Source of the DNA: Eledone cirrhosa
Lineage: Eukaryota
Reading direction: 5' to 3'
Length of the DNA stretch: 64,000 nucleotides
Assembly (NCBI GenBank): GCA_964016885.1
Contig: OZ024740.1
Location: 223,014,001-223,078,000, forward strand
The position numbers and the translations under genes were made by a program. Positions 56,989-64,000 of this stretch are shown here, piece by piece (positions within the stretch are counted from its first letter, which is position 1; the number at the start of each line of letters is the position of its first letter). The notes below the pieces were generated by a model that searched no databases, was not told where the DNA came from, and saw nothing but the letters and a program-made list of their open reading frames with translations.

Positions 56989-59900
56989 CTCAGTAGTGTG
57001 TGTGTATGTGTGTGTGTGTGCATATGCACACAAACATACACATATATATATTTAGACTCAAAAGAATAATATTTTCATGTTTATTCTACCATGATGGTAT
57101 ATAGGCTGGAGAGGTTGTCATAGAGCACATTAGTACTCATTTGGAGTTGCCATACTCCAAGATGGGTTAGAAGCCATGCCTTCCGTAAATATTTTACATT
57201 ACAATGGCATGGCATCTACAGTTGGGTTCCCTTCCCATCACCAACCACTTTACAAAATGTACTGGATGCACGTTATCATGGCACCCCCATTAGGGCAATT
57301 TTTGTCATGTTCTTGATATAACTAATCTGTCCTCTCATCCCTTTATTTGGCATTTCTTTTACAGCGCTGGATGCCTCTCCTAATGCCACTAGTAGTTAGT
57401 AGTTAGTAGTTAGTAGTTAGCATCAGGAATCAGTGATGAATGTTGTACGTGAGTCTGATAGATCTTAATATATAAAAGCTGTATTAAGGATTACAAGGAG
57501 GAAAGAAACTCTATATGATTGTTAATAGCTGTGTGTATTACTTTTCAGATATTGGATATGATAGCAATAGATTTGTAGTTGATAGATTCAGTTATTTCAT
57601 AGGGATAGGGGAACTAAAGAAGATCTAACCATTTGAATCTGTGTTGTTACTGTTTACGAGCAAAAGATTTGTCAAGTGAATTCAATGTACACACAAGATC
57701 AAAGCAAGGGTGGATACTTTCTCAATGTGAGTGCTCTTTACAGAGCCAATGAGATTTGTGGAATGATACATAAAATATACCCATATACATGTATGTGTGT
57801 CAACATTTATTCACTCACATGCATATATTATTTCTTTTGCCATCACTCCAATGGCAAATATATATTCAATTACAGGATCCTGCCATTTCTCAAGAAAAAT
57901 CAATAATGGTATCTCTGAAATGGTTAACGTAAATATTTTACATTTCCAAAGTATTTGTGTATTTGTAGGGCCAAATAGATTTTTGCTATCATTGTGTGTA
58001 TGAAAACTTTTAAAACCGCAACATTTTTCTACAGATTAATTGAATTTATTGCAACTACTATCTATGAAGATGTATTAGGCTTCTTTGTATAAACAAACAA
58101 AAAAAGGAACTAAATAAGTGTAAAAAATATTCCTTGCCTCTCTGATTCATTTAATTTTACTGATGAACACAGTGTTCAATATTTAAAAGTTCACTGTTAT
58201 CAATTTTTGTTTGTCTTATTTGATAGCTAAATTAAATCCTGGAGCAATATCTTTAGCAATCAGCCGGCATTATCTCATTGGTCACTAAATTTAATCAATC
58301 AAATCTATTTATTTTTTCATCAGTATATTGATTTCATCTTGAAATTTCGATTATTGTCGCAAGAAATAGGCATCCATTAGACATTGGCTTTCATTAAAAT
58401 GCTGGGTTTGAAAAGAGGAAGGTATTTTCTACACAAAAAGCGATTTTTATTATTGCCTTTTCTCTTATTTTCATTGATTGCCTATCACACACTGTCTGAT
58501 TATGATTGACCTTAATGTAGACATATGATAGAGAGATCTTTTAATGTTAGAAAATTACTGCACAGAATACCAACTAGCCATATTAGAGACTAAGGCAGAA
58601 TGGATTGGCATCAGATTCCTTCATTTGGTGCTGAATAAAAATGTTTAGATTGCCATATATATGTTTGTCAAGTTAGCTATTATAGAAACGTAGTTGTTAA
58701 AAGACATGGCAGATACATGCTTGTTTGCTATTATACTGTTTGTGATTTTGGTGGTGAGATGCAGCAGCCTGATGAAAATAATATTCTTTTTAGTGTTATA
58801 GGTAAGCTGCTGTACTAAAATGGCAAACACTCTAGATACTGTATACCCTGTCACCAACTCTAGTTCTGCCCTACAGGGTTGTTTATTTAAAAAGTGATTT
58901 TCATTATCATCACTGATTAACATCATTGTTCCATGCTAGCAGGGTTAGATAAATTGTACTGTTGTGAGACAAGACAAGTCAGATGACTGTGTTTTGCTCA
59001 TATAGAACTGATTTTGGCTTGGTTTCTACAGATGGATGCCCTTCCTAACACCAACCACATTTACAGTGTGTACTGGGTGCTTTTTGTTGTGACACCTACA
59101 TCACCACATTACAATGAAGACTGGATGCTTATTGGCATATCCTATTTGACATATTATATTTATTTAAAAGCCTTCCATCATAATTTTATGTTCCAAACAC
59201 AACACTAAGGTTCTTGGTTATTTTCTAAATTGCTTGAAAATCACAACAAACGGGTTCATTAGTACAGGATATATGTTGTCTGTAAATAGATAAATTTATG
59301 GAGGTATCTTTCATGACTGAATTTCCATACAACCTTCTATTTTTATTAAATCTTTGAACCCACAGTCCCACCATGTTTGACTTGTATCCAATCAAGTATT
59401 CTGTTCTGCCACACACTCCTCTTTTTCAGTATTATTTATATGCAATTCTCTGTATCAATCAGCATTTTTATTACATTTTTGCTTTAGATGGAGGTTTTCA
59501 TAAGGCACTGCTATGCTTTCTGTCATGACTGTATATTTATTTTATACACCAACCGTGCTCCAAGTTTAATTGATCAATATCATTTTTTCATTTATATTTG
59601 TGCATGCAACCACATGAGGACTGCATACATGGCCAGGGAAGGGGGTCAGGATAACAGATTGTATATATGGGTCCATATATGCTTATATTCTGAATCAAGT
59701 AGTGATAGTGTCATCGATAATTTATGTATATATAACTTTAAGAAAATTAACAAAGAGAGAACAAGTCAATGAACAGAAACAAAACAAATTGAAAAATAAT
59801 TTTTTTAAGAGGAAACCATAAAAAATTATTTAAAAAAAATAAAAATACAAACGAACGACACAGAACTCCATGGCCATCTCCCGTTGAAGTAGATAGACTT

Positions 59901-60079
59901 TAGCAGTTTCAAACCCAATCAAAAGTACTGCTGGTTCATGCGGCATCACAGCATCTGACATAACCCAAATACTGTCCAGTGGAATAGGAGATGAGAGACA
60001 AAGCAATTTATAGCAATTAAGTTATAAAACACATGGAATTTTGTGTGACATCAAGGAAAAGCATATATATATATATACA

Positions 60080-61790
60080 ATGATATTAAATAAATGGAAA
60101 CTATATTCATAAAACCATATTTATTTTATTATATATATTTCTAGGGCACCAAGACAACATTGGTACGCTTTCATCAGATAAAATACAAAGTTTGTTTTAT
60201 AAATAGAGATATACCTATGAAAATTATACCTTATCGGTTGGAAATTCACTGTATAGTGGAAATATATTAGGGATTATTCAAACTTATGTGTGAATATGCA
60301 AATGAATATGTAAATAATTGAAAAGCAACCGTTTATTTAAATGACACTGGAGAAAGAGAGAGAGAAGATATATCGGAGAAAGATCAAAATAGTACGCGAG
60401 AGAGAGAGAGAAGAAATAAACAAGTGAGGGTGAATAAAACTCATATAACGTTAATTTGGGGGAAATATATTCTAAGTATATATCTTAATAGTACGTGTAT
60501 TTACGATTATTAGTTGTTTAAAATCCGTTTATAATATAATATTTTCTGTTATAAGTAGATAAATAAATAAATAAATAAATAGATAAATAAATAAATAAAT
60601 AAATGGGTATATCATGTTATAGATAATTGTTTTAATGAGTTATGAGGGATATTGGTTTTGTATTTAATGTAAGTAAATATTAAGTTAAATTAAATTAAAC
60701 AAACTGAGTTAATAAGAATATTTATATTTATATATTTTAAAATGGGAAGATACGGAAAAACTCCAGTTTAATTTATTTATTCGTTAGTATGAGACTATTT
60801 AGTCAAAATAAGTATAAATGTTGAAAGATATATTTAGCCAGTATCAGTTAGTGGTTATAAATCTAATAAAAATTATTGAAAAAATATAAAAAAATTGAGA
60901 AAATTAAAAAAAAAAATAATTTATAAGAGATAAGTAATTTTTAAAAGAAATAAAAATTAAAGAAATAAAAATAAAGAATTAAAAATTATTAAGATTAAAA
61001 TTAGAATTAAAATTAAAATAAAAAAAAATTAGAATTATATATGTATATATTTTATGAAACTTTAAGAAGTGGAATTATAGCACATGTTATAGATATGATT
61101 TAGAGATATCAATATATTAAAACCAAGTGGATAAGATTGTTATGGAAATAAGTAGAAATATTATAAGTATAATTATAATTTATATATAGTTCTGAATGTT
61201 GAATTCAGGCGATTTGTACAAGAATTAAATAAATTCGTTCTTAGAGTAATAGAGTTCTTACATTTAAGTATGAAAATATTTCCTCAACACACAATTTGCA
61301 GAATCTAGATAAAGCTGTGTTTCGGTACGCGGGTGCTTATGAAACTATTTCCCAAGTTAATGAATAGTCCATATTCTTGCATTTTCAGTTCCATATCAGG
61401 TTTGAAAGAGAAGTTGAAGATTTGTTATCAAATCTTCGGAAAGAGTAATTGTGATTATTCCAGCGACTTTTAAATTCTGTAGAAGTTGCACCTAAATAGT
61501 TAAATATATTATCACTGGTTTTAACTGTACATTTATAGACCACGTCCTTATCTAAACATTTATTTTGTAAAGGACAGTTTGATTTAATTCTACAGTCACA
61601 TTTTGCAGACTTGTTGTTATTCAGAACGGTACTATTATGTTGGATATTGCTAGAGATATTACTACTATTTTGGTTATTTTGGTTAGGGTTTACATTTCTA
61701 TTATTAATTCTATTTATATTTTGTGCTACGTTCATAGTAGTAGTGTAGGATAGTTTTATAGTATGTCTGTTAAAGATTGAGTGGTATCAA
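60080..61790 (-). mobile_element. 5'-truncated PLE: GIY-YIG remnant (61200-61790), AT-rich 3' UTR, pLTR with hammerhead (60106-60203)
   Basis: YHSIFNRHTIKLSY, CDCRIKSNCPL, VVYKC..YLGAT..FKSRW. Minus strand: ATTTTAT-CTGATGA...GAAA-TATATA-TA-ATAAAAT. Confidence 0.85.
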
Positions 61791-63709
61791 ATATAAAATC
61801 ATTTATATTTGTCGGACTTCCAACAAATTACCCCTTCTACTTATATATATATATATATACATCAGCAGCAGCATTTTATTATGTCAGCTCATTAAAAATA
61901 TTTTAGAAACGTTTGAATAACACTTGATTTAATATTGCCTGCTCTTTTCATTTGGTCATGAGATACCTCCTACGAGAATCACTTTCAAAATGCTTACCAA
62001 AATTCACACTCAATTTATTCTACTCACTTTTATTACAATCTCTGGTTTTTCCTCATACTCTGTGTCATTTGATAGCCTACTACGTCCTAATTATTATTTG
62101 TATGACAGTAAATAAAATCACATTGAAAGTGTTACATGTGATTATGATAAAGAATGTCATTTACTATATAAATAGTAGATAAGTCCATCAAATAAAACAG
62201 TATGTTGACAGTCTAGAAAAACATCAGATGATTGACACCAGCTGGTAATTATTTCTGAGCTTGAATTTTGTGCACAATTATTAACAAATGACAGTTTGTT
62301 TCTAGACATCTTACTGATTCAAATGAAACAGAGGTCTTTTCAGCATCTAATACTTCCAACATTGATAAAATTAGCGATTGATTAACTAAATAGGTGGACA
62401 ACTCATCTATAGACTAGTAAGATGACAAATATCGGACAGAGAATGTAGGTATCTGAGATTCTAAAGATGAATACTTTCAGCCATGCAATAAAATCAAAGG
62501 TATACAAGTCATTATATATCGAGGTAAAATATAAGTACAATGTAAGTAGAACAATATCAAAAACAACAAAAACGTACAAAGTCAATATGATTGTGATGTG
62601 GAGGAAAAGATAGGAAGATATTATGGCAGAATCAGCAGAAGGTTGGACACCATGCTTTGCAGTATAGAGTTATGGTCCTTTTACGTTCTGAATTCCAATC
62701 CCGCCGAGATTGTTTTTGCCTTTCATCCTTATGGGGTCGATAAAATAAAGCATGCAGTTAATTTAATCGACTTTTCCCTCCCCACCCCCGAATCACTGGC
62801 CTTGTGCCTATAGTAAAAATCATTATATGATTTCTAACTGGTTCCTCATCTGGTTATAAAACATAGTACTCTTATTTCTCAGTTTCAGGATGAATATCAA
62901 TTGATATCCCACATAAGAAACAGATGTACTTGTAAATAAGTAACTCGCTTTCCTTTAATCCAAACACATATTATACTTCTTCATTTCTTTTCTAAACATA
63001 CACTTACACATTGTGTATACATTCATACACTCCACATCACCTACCACACCTACCCATACACTCACTCACATACATCCTCATCATCCATCTTCCATTCATA
63101 CACATCCCACTCAATGATGGTTGGCACACACAACCCAATACCATTATGGCGTACTCAGCCAACACACACATAACATTACTTACTATCATGATGTTGGCAC
63201 GGATTGGACAAGCGTTTTCAGGTGATATTCTATGACCTGATATCCTTCCTAAAAGCAACCTTGATTTGTTGTTGATTTTAAAAAAGTAAGGATCAGATTT
63301 TTACATATCTAATCACTGAGCTCAGGACCTCTGTTTTTGTGAATCATAAACCAGCAATATCAAAAGAAAATGATACACACACACATAATTGTATTTATTA
63401 TAAAGAAATAACTTCTATATGCCTGATGATTTCATATGAATGAAGCAATTTTAGTCTTGTAGGAGGCCTTTCTATATAATAAATAGGCATATTCTCTACT
63501 AACGTATATATATTGTTCCTTATTTAACAGTGGTTATTTCCCAATCCCCTTCAGGATACCATTCTTATAAATATATATATATATGTATCTATTTCCTGAT
63601 TTCTTTGGATGTTCATATATATATAGTGATATTATGATTAAATATAGCTGAATATATGAGTGTTGAGCATGTGTGTGTCTATATGTATGTATGTGCGTAA
63701 ATATATACA

Positions 63710-64000
63710 TAATTTCTCATATAGAATGGCGATATTTGTGTATTTGTGTATGATAAAAAGCTGTTAGATGATCGCTATAAGAAAGGTTCTTAGAGAAGAA
63801 TAAGGCACTATACTTAGCTTTGGTTGACCTAGAAAAGGCTTTTTATAGCATACCACGATCTGTCATCTGGTGGTCCCTAAGGAAACTAGGTGTAGAGGAA
63901 TGGCTTGTGAGTACAGTGCAGACTATGTACAGGGGTGCTGTCAGTAAAGTGAGGGTAGGAATGGAGTGTAGTGAGGAATTCAAGATACAAGTAGGAGTGC
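63710..64000 (+). pseudogene. RTE LINE RT fragment, runs off the window
   Basis: LYLALVDLEKAFYSIPRSVIWWSLRKLGVEEWLV..VQTMY. Confidence 0.85.

Noticed and set aside
63415-63495. Hammerhead-like CTGATGA-TTTCATATGAAT-GAAG (similar weak hits near 26880, 42895, 43340)
   Set aside because: GAAA, stem I or the cleavage site is broken; cannot be distinguished from chance.

Overview
AT-rich eukaryotic DNA, almost entirely repeat-derived. The repeat families, including (TA)n tracts, RTE LINEs with (GAT)n tails and a tRNA-like SINE, resemble an octopus/cephalopod genome; this is an inference. No intact host gene is supportable. The window holds four or five decayed Penelope-like elements (PLEs; RT + C-terminal GIY-YIG) and several solo or inverted pseudo-LTRs. 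It also holds RTE and R4/Dong-like LINE fragments, a full-length decayed hAT transposon with TSDs, MITEs, SINEs and many microsatellites. The main signal is non-coding RNA. A near-perfect 310-bp tandem array (15748-17630) carries a type I hammerhead ribozyme in every unit. A second ~420-bp repeat family (4812-5975, 54650-55170) carries a hammerhead with the same architecture. Both look like non-LTR retrozymes (circular-RNA-producing, non-autonomous retroelements). They share a (TA)n-anchored, 3'-ends-outward inverted insertion structure with the neighbouring PLEs, whose pLTRs also carry hammerheads. All ribozyme folds were derived by eye.
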